64,000 nt of DNA from Eledone cirrhosa. Its lineage: Eukaryota. Below, piece after piece: positions 41,380-56,191 of the stretch. The stretch's first letter is position 1; the number at the start of each line of letters is the position of its first letter. The DNA lies in NCBI GenBank assembly GCA_964016885.1, contig OZ024741.1:378448001-378512000 (forward strand). Direction: 5' to 3'. The position numbers and the translations under genes were made by a program. A model generated the notes under the pieces. That model was not told the DNA's origin. It did not search any database and was given only the letters and a program-made list of their open reading frames with translations.

Positions 41380-43650
41380 ACAGGGTTAACTCCGTTAGAG
41401 ACGCAGCCCTATTAGGGAGAGCAGTGTTCACCCAAATTCTTGGGACGATGTTAGAAATGGTGTATTGAAAATGCCTGTCATATCAGCGTTGGGCAGATTA
41501 CTGAAGCTATTGGCAGGAAAATAAAAATAAATATTTGCTGCTAGAATGTAAGAACTCCTCTGGTCCAAAACTTATCAAACCGACCAGAAAGAAGAACTGC
41601 ACTGGTAACAAAGGAACTCCAAAGATTAAATGTAGATATTGCAGCCTTGTCAAAAACACGTCTCTCATGGTGTGATTATTTCACTAAAGCATAATAAGTT
41701 TTCACACTTTTCTGGACAGGAAAAACAAAAGTGGAACGGACAGACGGTGGTGTAGGTTTTGCAGTTCGGGAGACTCTAGCACAACATTTAGAGTGTCCCT
41801 CTAGAATCCGTAACCGTATAATGAAGCTGCTCATTCTACATGTATGTAGGCGATGTGCAACAATCATGTCAGTTTGTGCCTCAACTCTCCATTCCAGTGA
41901 AGAATGTATATGACATTCTATGAATTCCTTCATGTTACTACTGTATCTACTCCAGTTGAAGAGAAAGTTATAATTCTAGGTGATTTAATGCCCCACTTGG
42001 CAGAGACCTCAAGACATGGTATGCGCTAGGCCATTACTAATTAAGCACAGTTCGGAACTCAACCTAACAATTTGCAATACATTCTTCCGTTAAAAAAAAT
42101 GAAGTATAATGGATACACCCAATCTCAAAAGATGGCTAAATGATTGATTTCATAGTAACCCTAGGTTGCACCCTGAACGATGTCTGTATACGTTTGCGGC
42201 ATGCGTAGTGCGGAATTCAGCACAGACGATAAGATGGGGAAGTTTAAGTTACGTATTCAGAAAAAGTCTCGTATGTCTAGGATCACAATCCTGAAGGGTT
42301 GGAAAGTTAATATAGGAAGATTATTAGAATAACACTTTGACATCGATGGAACGTGCATAAACTTCAGGGACCGAATGCATACAGCAGGAGCAGAAGAACT
42401 CATTCATAAAGCCTGGTTTCATGATAATAATCAGGTTATCAGCCAACTATTAACAAAAATGTATACTGTTGATCAAAGGTTTTGGCGAGAATTCAACTGC
42501 TTTTTTAAAAAGACATTTTAAGAATATAGGGCCACTTTACAAAGCAAGGTGAGAATATTTAATAGGCTTAAGACATGATATGAAGGATTCAAATCTGTTT
42601 TATAGTCTTTTGCATGCCGAATATGTTCCAACAACTTCGTCTTTTGTTCACAAAATGTCCAAAGACGACACTGAAATAATCAAAGGATCAGGGAAAAAAT
42701 TCAGGATTGATAAGAACATTTCAATGATTTATATGATAATTTATTATCAGCTGATTATGATGTGCTAGATGGCATCCCCCAATATGTTGTACATTTTAAA
42801 ATGAATCGATTACCGGATTTTAATGAGGTTAAAATAGTCATCAACCAGTTAAACACTTGGATTAGATGGACTGTGTGTGGAATTGTTAAAGGTTGGTAAT
42901 AAGAGCAGAACACAAGCAATGCTCCATCTCACCACAGAGTGCTGGGCTGGTGTTCCAATACCAGAAGATTAGTTAGATGGTAATGTGCTGACCTTATTTA
43001 ATGATACAGAGGATATAGGAATTTACGATCACTAATGTGGCATCACTCTGTTGAGTCTGTGGGCAAAGATCTTGCTAGAGTATTACTGAACAGGTTGATG
43101 GAAGACATTTGTCCTACATTAATCGCTGAATCACAATGTGGATTTATATCTGGCAGAGGGACGATTGGTATGACCTTCTCCGCTAGGTAGATACAAGAGA
43201 AATGTATTGACCAGCGGGTTCATCTTTATCAGTTTTTTGTTAATTTGACAAAATCATTTGATACGGTCAACTGTGGAAAATACTGGAGAAAATAGGGTGC
43301 CCACGGAAGTTTAATGTTTGAAGAGAGATTTCCTGACCATGGAAAACGTAAACGTCAGATTCGAAAAGGCCGCAGTATGAAATTAAATAAGAATATAGGG
43401 AACTGTATTTGTGAGTTGGGTGGGGGTCTACTGCTCTCTAAATTTGGGTACACCATTCATTTAAAATCATATAAAAAGCCTATTGTATGCAGCTCTATCC
43501 CTACAATGCTAGGTGAGACAACATGTGTGATGTGCCAAAAGTCCAGCAAATCAAACTCTGGTCTTAAAAAGCATACCAGGGTACATAACGTTGAGATCCC
43601 ACAAACTGAACGAATAGAGAGAACATCTTCTGGCTGTCACTTTTATCATC
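41380..43650 (+). pseudogene. Heavily decayed RTE/BovB-like LINE (APE endonuclease, RT N-part, C-terminal C2H2-like fingers)
   Basis: NVRT...RPERRTALVTKELQRLNVDIAALSKTR; GVGFAV; ESQCGFISGRGT...F.NLTKSFDTVN; CVMCQKSSKSNSGLKKHTRVH. Many stops and an internal deletion. Confidence 0.8.
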
Positions 43651-43729
43651 TCTCTTTCTTTTTCTCTCTCTCTGTCTCTCTCTCGCTCGCTCTGTCTGTC
43701 TTCCTCTCTTTATATATAAAAAGAGGGAG

Positions 43730-43807
<78 letters not shown>

Positions 43808-43879
43808 TCAGGATTATTGCCGAGAACTTAATTCAGTAGAGTACTCAATACCTGGGGCATCATTTGCTGCTGACCCGGC

Positions 43880-44800
43880 AATGGCTCCATCTTGAGATCC
43901 GATTCTTTACTCACTCTCTTGCTCTCTTTTATAGAGTAAAATTTAATATAGGTAAAACATTATTTTCCCTTATAATAAAGCACTTTACTCCTCAACACAG
44001 ACACAGTAAAATCTTCAAACCGCGTTTAATGAGGATTTACTTTTCTTGCGCTCCATCCATCAAATCGAAATTAAGTGCAAAGAGCTAATTACATGAACAT
44101 CCATGATACTATTGAGGAAGAAATATGACTGTCTACTACATCAAAACTGTCAAGTTAAATCCATAATTTATAAAGTAGAGATCAAGAACAGAAATACCAA
44201 GAAGCCAGAGACACCAGAAAAATATGTAGGTATAGTCCGAGAACATTTCAAGCAAAGATTCCAGTACACCTTTCCCCATTTAGACATCCCAACATGAAAG
44301 CCACCACAGCACTGGCAAAATATGTTGGTAGTTAAAAGAAAATGGAATACCTCATGACATCAAATGGAAAGAGCTTGAACACTAAATATCATATAAAAAC
44401 AGAAGCAAAAAAGACAAGAGCTGCCTGAGGGGAAATTCATGAAAACCAACGATCACACAGACATGCAACCTTTTACAGCTCGGACGTTGAAATACTCGAA
44501 ATTTCATGTCTATTACATTTTGAAATCTTAATTATTCATCATCTGTATCCGTGTGTCATTGAACAAATTAACTATCTACAAATTATCTGTTAAACCCATG
44601 AGTTGACTCCCTCTATCAACAGGACGGAATAACCCTAGAAATCTTTATAAATTCATACACAAACCGATTTCAGCCCATAAATACCCCCCTATCTTCAAAT
44701 AAAGATTTCCGCAAACAAAAATTCCTCCGCTACAACAACTTCATTTTTTCATATATTTATTCATGTGCCTTACAGTGTAGAAAAGGGTTACTACCACTTG
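43880..44800 (+). pseudogene. Decayed PLE GIY-YIG fragment
   Basis: FNIGKTLFSLIIKHF...HRHSKIF...FSC; CLLHQNCQVKSIIYKVEI...KYVGI...FKQRF. Confidence 0.75.
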
Positions 44801-46664
44801 CATGCAGAAGTTCCATCCTTCTACATGCAGGGAAACGATAATTATTACAATGAATATAATTATGATTGATAATTATTATTACAATTAGAATAAATTTGAA
44901 TTGTAATAGAATGAATATTACGGGGAAATAATGGAGATCATCGTATCAAAGAGAAATTGCTATATTACTATAATAACTGTGTTAGCTAATTTCAAAGATA
45001 TTAATCTCACTATAAAGTAGGGACGGATGAATTGAAATAATTCACATTTATATCTGATTCATCCCCGTTTACCCTAATGGTGATTAGTTGTGAAATATAT
45101 ATATATATGTTTGCATATATATGTGTGCGTGTCTGTTGTATTGTGTGCGTGTGTGTTCTTGGAAATATATGTGAGTCTTTGTACGCCCGCTTGTTTGGAT
45201 GTATGTATGTGTATGAATGTATAGATGCATGTTGTTTGAAGTAAAACACTCGACGAAAAAATTAAACCAGTAGAAAACAAGTAACAAATCCTAAATTCAT
45301 GAAACAAACACTACAAAGGAAAGATAATCAGTTTTGTAGAGACAGGAATGCCAAACGTTTTTAATGTTCTTTTTTTGTTTTTTGAGCATTCTGATTCTGC
45401 TCTTATGATTATTTTATGCAAAAGAAAAGGCACTAAATATTATAGATTATTTTGGATTCCTTCGTGATTTATTTCTCATTATTTTGTTTGTGATTTAAAC
45501 ATTTTTACTTTTAACACATCAAAATATTTTTGAGAGAAATGTGTTAGTGAAAATGGGAGAACATATGACAAGTTTTAAAGAATAAAATTATCCCTGATCA
45601 ATTGATATTTTGACGTAAATTTGGAGTTCTGGAGAAACGGCCATTACTATTCTTGTGAGTAATGTTTCGATCATTTTTTACTGTCTCTAAGGTGGTAGAA
45701 TATTTTAATTAAGATATCTCACAAAAAATGAACTAATGTATTTTCAAAGAAATGTATAAATAATAACTAGATTCATATTATCCTGCATACATAATACAGC
45801 ATTATATCTGAGCAAAACTTTGCGTATTTTTCTCTATGCATTTTACATTACATTATTAGCATATCAAAAGAGAGCTGATGCATATTTCCAACTTTAGTAA
45901 ATTTTAACTCTTTTATTTGCGCCTGATCTGTTCAAAAGATGAAAGTGAAACGGTCTATTAGAAATTCATTTATTTTACATCATAGTATTTATATAATTTT
46001 GTAATTATATTTCTTTGAATCACTACAGGATGAGATGATATGGTGTCACAATGCCATGCTATGGGTTAATAGCTGCATCATTTCAATGTGACCTTTTGTA
46101 AAGCTTGTAAGACTCATACTTTCAATAGAACATTTTTAGTAAATCATTGGAAATGCCAGCATCTCCACAAATGTTATGATTATTGTATTAGCTTGAAACA
46201 GAACGCTTATTCGTTGTTGAACGCTTCGTAATAAATTTGATTGCATTGTTCCACAATGCATTGTTCCACAATTCATAGATGTTTCATGTAATCTCAGTTG
46301 TAGATTAATTCTGTAAACAAATCTATTTTCAGGTGTATACTTTATTTTGAATCAAAGAACATGATCATTTTATTAATAAGATGTTTGGATATTACAACTT
46401 GTACAGCTCTCACGTTGTTTCTAATATTGAGATAATTTTCCATACATTACACGAAATAATTGTTCGAAATATCATATCAGGTATAACAAATTTAATCAGT
46501 CAGAATACCTATCCAAAAAAGTCGGTCTCCCTATTTAGTCAAAAGTGATACTTACTGGCAGCTATTTTGAGGGTGTTGCTATTGTTCCCACACAACGTAA
46601 TCAATACAATTTAAAGATTTTTCTTCTGATCAAAATATATGTAGGTATTATATATTTCATGATG

Positions 46665-46701
<37 letters not shown>

Positions 46702-46750
46702 ATATTTACAGACATTGATATATAGTTAGATAGACTTACTCATGCGCACA

Positions 46751-46789
<39 letters not shown>

Positions 46790-46800
46790 GTATATATATA

Positions 46801-46918
<118 letters not shown>

Positions 46919-47017
46919 ATACTTGGGGAGGGTCATATTTGCGTAATATTGCCAGAATTAATAACAGAACACACATGATTTCATATAAAAAAACCTCGCT
47001 AAACTAATTCATCGCCG

Positions 47018-47052
<35 letters not shown>

Positions 47053-47710
47053 TGTATGTATGTATGCGTGTGTATATGTTTATTTGTCCGTCTCTGTGTG
47101 TATCATATTTGTAAATGACTACATACATGCTCATATGTGTATATATTGATTTTATACCATTTTAGTTATATGTATGCTAATGTATATCCATATGGATTTC
47201 GTTGTATGTTTGTACGTGTCTTGTGTCAATTTATAACTTTTCTTTGATGTGTACCCTTTTATGTTTTGTTACCTTTTTATCGTTTATTTATTTTTTGTAA
47301 GGTTAAAGGTTATCTAGAAACCCAATGGTACTGTTAAGTTCATGTCTAGAGTAAAATTTATGTTGTAATAATTTTCCAATATGAAGTCGATATTTTTATT
47401 TAATTTTTTTTTACTATAACACCACTAAAAATAGCATACGGTGGCATCGATAACTTTCATATTTTACAACGTTTCGTTTTTATATTGATAACTTTTTTTG
47501 TGTGTAGAATATCTAATATTATTACAATGAAACTCACAAATAATGTTAGAACTATCTTATCAAGAGAAGTTTCATCATTTAGCTTCATTCGTTAAAATAA
47601 TGGATCCACCATAGAATGCATCAGTATTATTAATGCTACTACTACTGCTATTATTATTACTATTATTATTTTTATTATTATTATTATTAGTATTATTTGT
47701 TATTATTATT

Positions 47711-50700
47711 AGGAGACGGTGGAAACTACGGCGGAGTAAGTTAGTTTAATTTTTATGAGTTATCGAAAGTTCTATATAATAATGTTAACATTGGTGTGTA
47801 GTTAAAGAACCCCTCTCTCCAAGGAGGTGGTTTTGATAACTGTATCTCGCGCTCTTGAGGGCTAAATTTGCATTTATTTACAATCATAACCCACACATTT
47901 TGTGTTAAAAAAACATGGCGGACAGTCAAAAAATTGTCCACAGGGAGGAACAGCGAGTTGCTAGGAGGGTGGAAAAACAATTTCCACCCAATCATAAGGC
48001 AAAGTTAAAAACAAGAGAAACAGCAGCAGCAGCGACTGCGACAGTGGTAGTGACAACAGCAGCAGCAGCCACTGGAATAGTAGTAGCAGTAGTGGAAATT
48101 ACAACGAAAACTTCCCTACGTTAGAAAAATCAAACACCACCACAACAAACACCCCCAAAACAGCAATAACAATAGCAACAACCATAAAGAACCCAAAGAA
48201 CAACAACTATAACAGCAGCAACACAGACGAAAAGCAAACAAACAAAAACACCAACGACGGCAACGAAGACAAAACTAGTGATGGGTCAACACAAATCAAA
48301 ACAAACACGTCTTTCGCTAAAGCGACAAACAATTTTGAACAAGCTAAATTCACTGAAACACTAATAAATCATGGATTTATTAGTACTCATTTAATATAAT
48401 GGTTTATTAAACAATGCAGTCATATATGTTTCAACGAAGACGTGATTACACAGTTCACGTATAGTGTTATAAATAATGGGATTGATGAGTTAATATATGT
48501 ATACAACAACTACAACGTTACGCGATGGGACCCACCCACAGCCCCGGCGGACAGAATGGAGAAGGCGTTTCCACGAAGGACAGCAAGGGAGACGTGCCGG
48601 AAAAGCCACTCCAACTCGCGGGGTTCACACCTGCGGCTGGCCAGCTCAGCGCCTATGGTGGTGAGTAAGAAGGTAGCTCTGGGGCCGAGGACACCAGAAG
48701 TCTCCACTGCCAGGGGTACGATCGCAAACCTGTCAGAGAGCGACCGGTATTTGAGGAGATTGGCTCCCTCAGCCAGACATGCAGCTGAACCTGGGTCAGT
48801 CGCAGACTGCACCGGGTTGCGGCTGCAGAAAGTGAACAAGTACATATCACTAACGAAGAGATAAAACAAGCAAAGGTCTTGTTTAAATAGACAGGACAGA
48901 GGGTAAGTCTCACCCGCCCAGCTGAGATAATAAGAAACAAAGTTTTGTGTTCGGTCGGTTATGGCACGATCGGATAAAAAAGCGCGCCGAGTTGAAAGGA
49001 CAACGGAGTCACAGGTCCAAAGAGCTATGGACACCGTCTGGATACAGGAAACATACATAGCCCGGGGATCGAGATATGGCACTGTGCATGTGCTCTTCGC
49101 TACACCAGAAGAAGCCAGAGCACACTCCATATCACCACTCCGCAGTGACGAAATCATAACGATGTCCACATACTGCGGCCAGAGAGTCGCGAGGGTTCGA
49201 GCGGGCCAGGTTCCGCCCTCTGTGGAGATGGCTTGGTTGACGGCGGCTGTCGTCGTTGACGTTGAGGATTCAACAACCATACTCAACGTCATGCAAATAA
49301 GACAGGAAAATCGGATAGGGTCGGGGGTGGAACTAATCATCCAAGCAAACCATGAGAGAATTTTGATGTCATCCCCGATGTAGTAAACCTGGACGACGGC
49401 ATTCATCTACCCGTGACTGTCGAAGATAGGCGCCCAAGGTGTCATGGATGCCGTGAGAAAACGCACCTTAAGGCAATCTGCGCCACACTTACCAAAACAG
49501 GCACCCGCCCAACCCTTCTCCCCACGCCGTGCCCCGTAACTGGAGCAGACAAACAAACAAAGACCACAGAGGCAGAAGAGAAAACACCATCCCAAACAAC
49601 AAAAGCACCATCTCTTCCACCACCCACAGAAACAATGGAAAGCATGCCCCTTCCTGATATAGCTAAATCGGACAAGGAGTGCGATGAGGCCGAAGTGTGG
49701 AGAACTATTCCAACAAAAAAAGGATGAACTCCTTACCCCCCCCCTCCAACAAAAAAGAGGAAGAAAGAACCCTGAAGAAAGAAAATGAAAACTAACCCAC
49801 ATCCTCCACCACCATGAACAGCCACACCTCCACAAACACCTACACCATCACCACCACCACCACCAACACTACCGCCACCACCACCCATAGTATCTTCACC
49901 TCCAACAATACGACAGCAAACACAGAAAGCACCAACTCCCTAACATCAGACACAATCCACACCCATAGACACAGACAACACAAAGCTTTTAAATTACATT
50001 CAACACCACACCAACATCACAGAAACAAACTACGTACAAAATATCCAAATTGCACGCCCCTACACACATAAAAATAATAGAAATTACACAAAAAAATTGC
50101 ATAACATTAAAAAAAATGTTCCTTCCATCAATTGGAGTCTACCGAGGGAACATCACCAAAAGAACATTCACGTATATTCTCGTGGAGAAACCCACCAATG
50201 GTCGGAGGGATTGATCACCCACCACTTCCTGAAGAAGACCAAAGGACATTGTTTGTACCTCTCCCCTCTCACCTGTTTTCCTCCTATCCTAGCAAACATG
50301 GATTCTCTCAGAATAGGTAGCATAAATGTACGTGGCCTAGGGCGTCTTGGAAGCAGGGACACCTGCTAAACGATCTCAGGTCGCTAAACATTGAAGCGGT
50401 TTGCCATCAGCGAGACCAGAATCTCCGAGGCACGGGCATACGCACCCATTTTCGGCGGCTACGAGGTATACACATCTCAAAGCCGTCCCGGGTCGGGGGT
50501 GGGGAGGCTGTTCCGGAGAAGTTTGGATCTCGAGGTACGGGTCGTCTTCTTGGACCAAGAGGGTAAGTTGGTGGTACTGGACGTGACAAGCTGAGAAGGA
50601 CAATCAATCAGGCTAGTGGCTGACTATGCCCCAACGGGAGCAGGACGGCCTCGACTCTTCCGGCGTCTGGAAAACTTTCTTGGAACGTCCCGCTCTCTAG

Positions 50701-53700
50701 TGTTAGTGGGCGATTGGAAGCGGACCTTAGATGCACCCTGGGATTGTGTGGGATTAGCGGATAGGGGAGGAGGGTATAAAAACCTCGCAAATCTGCTCAG
50801 ACGGTTTCAGCTTTCTGACAGGTACCGTCTGGATTTCTCGAATGTGCCAATGTGGACATGTACAAAACGCATCGGGTCATCCAGATCATATATAGATAGG
50901 GTATTTTATAGGGAAATATATAGGTCCTGCGTAGGCTGTCCACATTTCAAAATAGACGACTACACGGACCACAAATTCGTGATCTGTGAGGTTGACTTAG
51001 ATAGGCTACATAGACAGGTACCCGGCTACTGGGAGCTAACAGCAGCGTTATTAACAGTGCGCAAGGCCTACAGAGATTAGTGAACTAGTTAAGCGGGCGT
51101 TGACAGAGTCATCGTCAACAACAAATGATGGTTTGCTCTGAAAAGAGCGATTAGAATAGAGTCCATTAGGTTTAGTAAGGCTTTAGCAACGGAGAAAAAT
51201 AGAGCAGAGGGAGAATTAGTTAGAAACTTAGACGAGGCGCTTAGCAAAAGCATCGCGACCGACGTAGTTGCGGCGAAATTGGCTCTTGACCAATTCTTCA
51301 ATGCAAAGCACGAAAGCTGCGTTGTGAGAGCATGGTGCATGCTCTCAGACACGAGGGGACGAAAGCCGTTCAATGGGCCTTAGTGGCGGATGTGCGTCGT
51401 GGCAACAAGGCCACGATCCGGTCTTTGGTGGACCACGACGGGAGAATTCTACTCGATCCCAGACAAATGTGTGAAGCTTTTTAGCGACACTTCGCCCAGC
51501 TGTTCGGGGGTAGCGGTGGGCCAGATCGGGGGATGGACTTTAATGCCTACCTCGACCGACTGCTGCGGCTCTCGGCCACTAAGGCGGAGTGTTGCGAAAA
51601 GCCGATAACAGCCGCTGAAGTCCGAGAGGCAATGACTGGCTGAACAAGGAGTAAATCGCCTGCTTTGAATGCTCTGCCCTATGAACTTTACGTACATATG
51701 CCAGACATGTTGGACGTCTACTGCAACTGGCCACAAAAAGGGAGAATTCCCATCTCTGTGAGCCGAGAAGCGGTGACACTACTGAGAAAGGATACGAACA
51801 AAGGCGATAACATAGGTAATTTCTGGCCCATAAATCTGCTAAACGCAGATTTTGGCCAAGGTTCTAGCAAAGAGATTGGCGCTTATCGTTGGTGGTCTGG
51901 TGGGAGAGGCGCAGACATGCGCCATTCCAGACAGATCCATTCACGACAACCCTCACCTCATGCGATACATCGTGGAGAGGGTAGCTAGGGAACCTGGCAC
52001 GGGTGGGTCCTTGATCAATTTAGATCAATCGAAAGCTTTCGATAGGGTCGAGCATCCTTATCTGGCGGCAGTCCTGAGGGCATCTGGCTTTGGGCCCATC
52101 TTCAGAGGTTGGATCGCTGCTATGCACAACAACATCTGCTCTGTGGTGAGAGTGAACGGTCCCCTTTCGGAACCGTTCAACATCATGCGCTCCGTCCGCC
52201 AAAGATGTCCCCTTTCGTCCCTCTTGTACGTATTGACTCTCGAGCCATTACTGCACAAACTGGAGACGTTGAGGGGGTTCCCGCGCGAACTTGGATGCGG
52301 AAGATTCGTGTCAACATATTCGAACGATGTCATCGTAGTGTTGTCGAACGCCAAACACATCGTGGCGATCGGCACAACACTAAGAGAATACGAAGCGGTG
52401 ACAGGAGCAATGATCAACCAGGAAAAGTCAGTGGGCCTGAAGCTCGGCATATGGAGAGGCAGGTCCATGCCGTCAAACAGCGTCGTCGGGCGCTGGACGG
52501 TAGTATCGGTTAAATTGCTAGGGGTCTAGTTCGGTGCGGACCTCCAGACAGACAAAAACTGGGACGAGGTGACGAGCAGGGTGGCTTCTCTCACCCAGAA
52601 ATGGGCTGAGAGGAAGCTATCCCTGAAAGGTCGAGCGGAAGTGGCTAACGCGTACATCGCGTCCGTCATCTACTACAGCCTGACCGTCATACCTTGTCCT
52701 AAGCCAAGCCTGACTGCGCTGGAGCGTTTGCTCTTTCACTTTTTGTGGAAGGGACGCGCTCCGATGGTCAGGCGGTCCATCTGCTGTCAACACCCGCTAT
52801 GTGGAGGGCTGGGCATGCCGTGGCTGATGATGCGCAGACACGCGCTCAGGCTACGACATCTCCACCTCTTCCTCGACGGTAATCAGGTGTGGTCGCCGTT
52901 TGCTAGACACGTCTTTCCCCAGCTCGTCTCCTTGACGGAGCTGCAGTCCTGGGTCAAGCGAAGACCGAGAGGGAGCGCTTGGAGACTGGAATGTCATCAG
53001 GCGCTCACAGCCCTCGACCAATCGGTCAATGTAATCGGTAGAAACTCCACCTTGGCTTTCTATAGAGGATTAGTGGAGGGGAAGAGCGACCACTTACTTG
53101 GAGAAATTCTAGGCGTCGACGAAAATCAACCAGACAATCTCTTCGGAAGGACTTTCGGGCCGGGGCCTATGGACAACTTCCAGAAATCCCTGGCCTGGCA
53201 GTGCTACCGAGGAGATTTGCCAGTTCGGGATAAACTCTACAGGCATGGCGGTGCCGTCAGCCGGGCATGTCCGAGATACACGCAGGGCGACGAAACCGTC
53301 CTACAAGCACTCGTCCAGTGACCGAGTATTGCTGACGTGTGGGTCTATGTCGAACACCTGCTGTCACGTGTAGGACGGATCCAGCTATCAGCTGAGTCCA
53401 TCGTGAGGATTGCTCCGCCCTCTTCCCTTAGCCGGGAAGGGCAGGCAGTTTTTATCTGTCTGGTGGCCATGGTGAAAGAGATAGTATGGTGGACACGTTT
53501 GAAAGGGCTGAAGACGAGCACTTACCTCTTCGGTGATGCCCCGTTTAACGTTTTCAAATTTCATTTGAAAAGGAAAATCAGGGTAGAGATGGAAGTGCTC
53601 TCTTCCCAACATTTGGTTGAAAGATGGGTGAGAGAGGCAAGAATGGCCCGAGTGAATGGGCCTACTCTGAGTATATATCTGTAAATTAAAGGTGGAAAAC

Positions 53701-53927
53701 TGGGAGAGGGCACTTGCCCTGATGGTCAGGGTCATTGTCGTCTTTTCATGGGCTTTCTCCACAAATGTCCCTCGGAATCTCCCCCCTATTGGGGAATTTT
53801 TCATTGTTATTTTTTATTACATCCTCTGTTTTTTTACACGCAGAAATGCCCATTTGTACCGTCCTGTATCGTCCAGTACTGTCCTTAATGTCTACTTTAA
53901 GTAAACCCTTGTGGTTAACAAAGAAAA

Positions 53928-53928
<1 letters not shown>
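47711..53928 (+). mobile_element. Near full-length Tx1/L1-clade LINE (copy A) between (ATT)n tracts; ORF1 ~47915-50300, ORF2 50298-53684, both disrupted
   Basis: ORF2 MDSLRIGSINVRGL (APE), LVLVGDW, YTDHKFV, WPINLLNAD, LDQSKAFDRVEH, VRQRCPLS, YSNDV, KLSLKGRA, ETVLQAL. (ATT)n at 47640-47710 and 53929-53965. Confidence 0.9.
48344..48832 (-). mobile_element. CRE-like (restriction-like endonuclease) retrotransposon 3' fragment nested in Tx1 ORF1, 8-bp TSD TGAACAAG
   Basis: GSAACLAEGANLLKYRSL...IVPLAVETSGVLG...LFRHVSLAVLRGNAFSIL. tgaacaag at 48336-48343 and 48833-48840; absent from Tx1 copy B. Confidence 0.8.
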
Positions 53929-53958
<30 letters not shown>

Positions 53959-54398
53959 GTTGTTATTCCTTGAATCTCAGTCATTGATGTTGGTTAACTG
54001 GAAAGTCCGTTGGATTGAATATCAAGCCACTACCTGCAGCCTCAGATATTCAGGACGTATCGGAGTGTTCTTGCTGTTCCAAGCAAGCATGCCTTTTGAA
54101 GCGTTCCAAAAAGCGTGAAGGGGCCGATTTTCTTTAACCATCCCTGGAAACTTTTGGAGATAGTCCCCAGTGCGCCTATGACAATCGGGATCACTTTGAC
54201 TTCATGGCAGTTCCAAATCCTTTTGATCTCCCACTTTAGGTCCTAGTATCGGTTAATTTTCTCCCTCTCCTTCTCTTGCACTCTCGTGTCGAACGGGCAG
54301 GCCACATCCACAATCAGACACGATCTTTTTTCTTTGTCCACAACCACCAGGTCAGGTCTATTGTGTTCCAGTTTTTTGTCCGTCTGTATTCTAAAATC

Positions 54399-55970
54399 CT
54401 ACAGCACCTTCACCTGATCGTTTTCTATCACCAACTCTGGCTTATAATCATACCACTTCTCAGAATGTGGTAAATTGTTTACTTTGCACAGGTGCCAGTA
54501 GATCACCCTGCCAATCACATCGTGTCTCCAGCCCTTATAGTTGGTCTGGGCTAGGTGTTTACACTCGGACACAATGTGATCCACAGTCTCCTCTCTCTCT
54601 CCACAGATCCTGCACAGTGGGCTAGCCTCCTCCTTGTAAATATGGTGCTTCAACCACTTCGTTTTGAGGGCCTGCTCCTGCGCAGCCATTAGCATTCCTT
54701 CTGTAGCCTTTTTGATGTCTCCTCTTCTCAACCAGTTCCATGTCTGTGGATCTCTAAATTCAGTTTTCTCAAAGAAGGTACTATGAAGGGATTTTCCCTT
54801 AAGGCTGCTCTTCCTCCTTGATGTTATTTCCTCCTTGGACATCCCCTGGCCTACTGTCCCCTCCTTCAGTACAGTTCTGAGCATTGGCTCCTTACTATAG
54901 GTCACGTATTTGTATAGGTTGTTTTTCTCCATCTGAACACAGTCCTCTATGCTGATAAGACCTCTTCCACCCTCAAATCTCCTTAGGTAGAGTCTATCGA
55001 CATCACTCCTCTTGTGGAACATGTTGTAGATAGTCAATAGCTTCCTAGTCTTCCTATCCATTTCTTTTTGTTCAGCAACATTCCATCTCAGAATTCCCAC
55101 ACTGTACCTAATAATAGACACAGCTCGGGAATTTACTGCGCTTATGGCATTTCTGCTGTTCAGATGTGACTTCAATACGCTCCTTACTCTCCGAATGTAT
55201 TCAGTTCTTAACAATTCCTTCATTTTTTTGTTCTTTATGCCATCAGCCTCCAGAACGCCCAAATACTTGTATCCTTCCTCAGAGTCAATTTCCTTTATTA
55301 TCTCACCTGTTGGTATCTGGATCCCGTTACTTCTGCTCAACCTACCCCTCCTCATCACAATGACTCCACATTTACCAATACCAAACTGCATACATATATC
55401 ACTGCTGAAAATACGGACAGTGTCAACAAGCACATCCAACTCCTTCTCACTTTTCCCGAAGAGCTTAAGATCGTCCATGAAGAGGAGGTGATTGATGGTA
55501 AGCTCTCCCCTTCCCAACTTGTATCCTGCTCTCACTTTTCGCAGCATAATGGTCAAGGGCATCAGGGCAAGGACAAACAACAGAGGGGACAGGCTATCTC
55601 CCTGGAAGATACCTCTCTTGATCTTCACGCTTCCCAAGGATACTCCAGTTGATGTCAACTCTGTCTCCCAGGACCCCATACGCCTGCCTAGCAACTGTCT
55701 GATGTTATCTGCCACCCTGAAGATCTCCAGGCTTTTGGTGATCCGAGAATGAGGCACCATGTCAAATGCCTTTCTGTAGTCTATCCATCCCATGGCAAGA
55801 TCAGTGTGTATCCTCCTGCAATTCCCCATTACCATCTTATCAATAAGTAACTGGTCCTTTGTACCACGTGACTTCTTTCGGCATCCTTTCTGTTCGTCCG
55901 GTAACAAGTTGTTTGTGTGGAGGTGATGGTAGATTTCCTCAGACACAATGCTCGTCAACAGTTTCCACAT
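54399..55970 (-). CDS. R4/Dong reverse transcriptase + CCHC knuckle (middle segment of the disrupted ORF)
   Basis: 523 aa ORF with RT motifs; premature stop at 54399 before the RLE domain. Confidence 0.88.
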   Translation of the reverse strand: MWKLLTSIVSEEIYHHLHTNNLLPDEQKGCRKKSRGTKDQLLIDKMVMGNCRRIHTDLAMGWIDYRKAFDMVPHSRITKSLEIFRVADNIRQLLGRRMGSWETELTSTGVSLGSVKIKRGIFQGDSLSPLLFVLALMPLTIMLRKVRAGYKLGRGELTINHLLFMDDLKLFGKSEKELDVLVDTVRIFSSDICMQFGIGKCGVIVMRRGRLSRSNGIQIPTGEIIKEIDSEEGYKYLGVLEADGIKNKKMKELLRTEYIRRVRSVLKSHLNSRNAISAVNSRAVSIIRYSVGILRWNVAEQKEMDRKTRKLLTIYNMFHKRSDVDRLYLRRFEGGRGLISIEDCVQMEKNNLYKYVTYSKEPMLRTVLKEGTVGQGMSKEEITSRRKSSLKGKSLHSTFFEKTEFRDPQTWNWLRRGDIKKATEGMLMAAQEQALKTKWLKHHIYKEEASPLCRICGEREETVDHIVSECKHLAQTNYKGWRHDVIGRVIYWHLCKVNNLPHSEKWYDYKPELVIENDQVKVL

Positions 55971-56191
55971 TACGGACAGACATGTGATAGGTCTATAGTT
56001 GGTAACATCATTACCCTTGATTCGGTCTTTCGAACTGTGGTACCTTTTGTCAACCAGTCTGGCACCTCACCCGACACCAAGCAGTCATTGAACATGGCCG
56101 TCAGCTTCGGGTGGAGGGATGTTAAATGTTTAATCCAATACCCCTGCACACCATCTGGGCCTGGTGATTTCCAGTTGGTTAGTTTTTTGGC

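Noticed and set aside
45400-46600. Unique-looking AT-rich stretch as decayed transposase or gene (also 12950-14650, 29700-31100)
   Set aside because: No open frame or motif that I can recognise; left unannotated.
48510-49406. 298-aa minus-strand ORF as a host gene
   Set aside because: Chimera of antisense Tx1 ORF1 and the nested CRE-like fragment.
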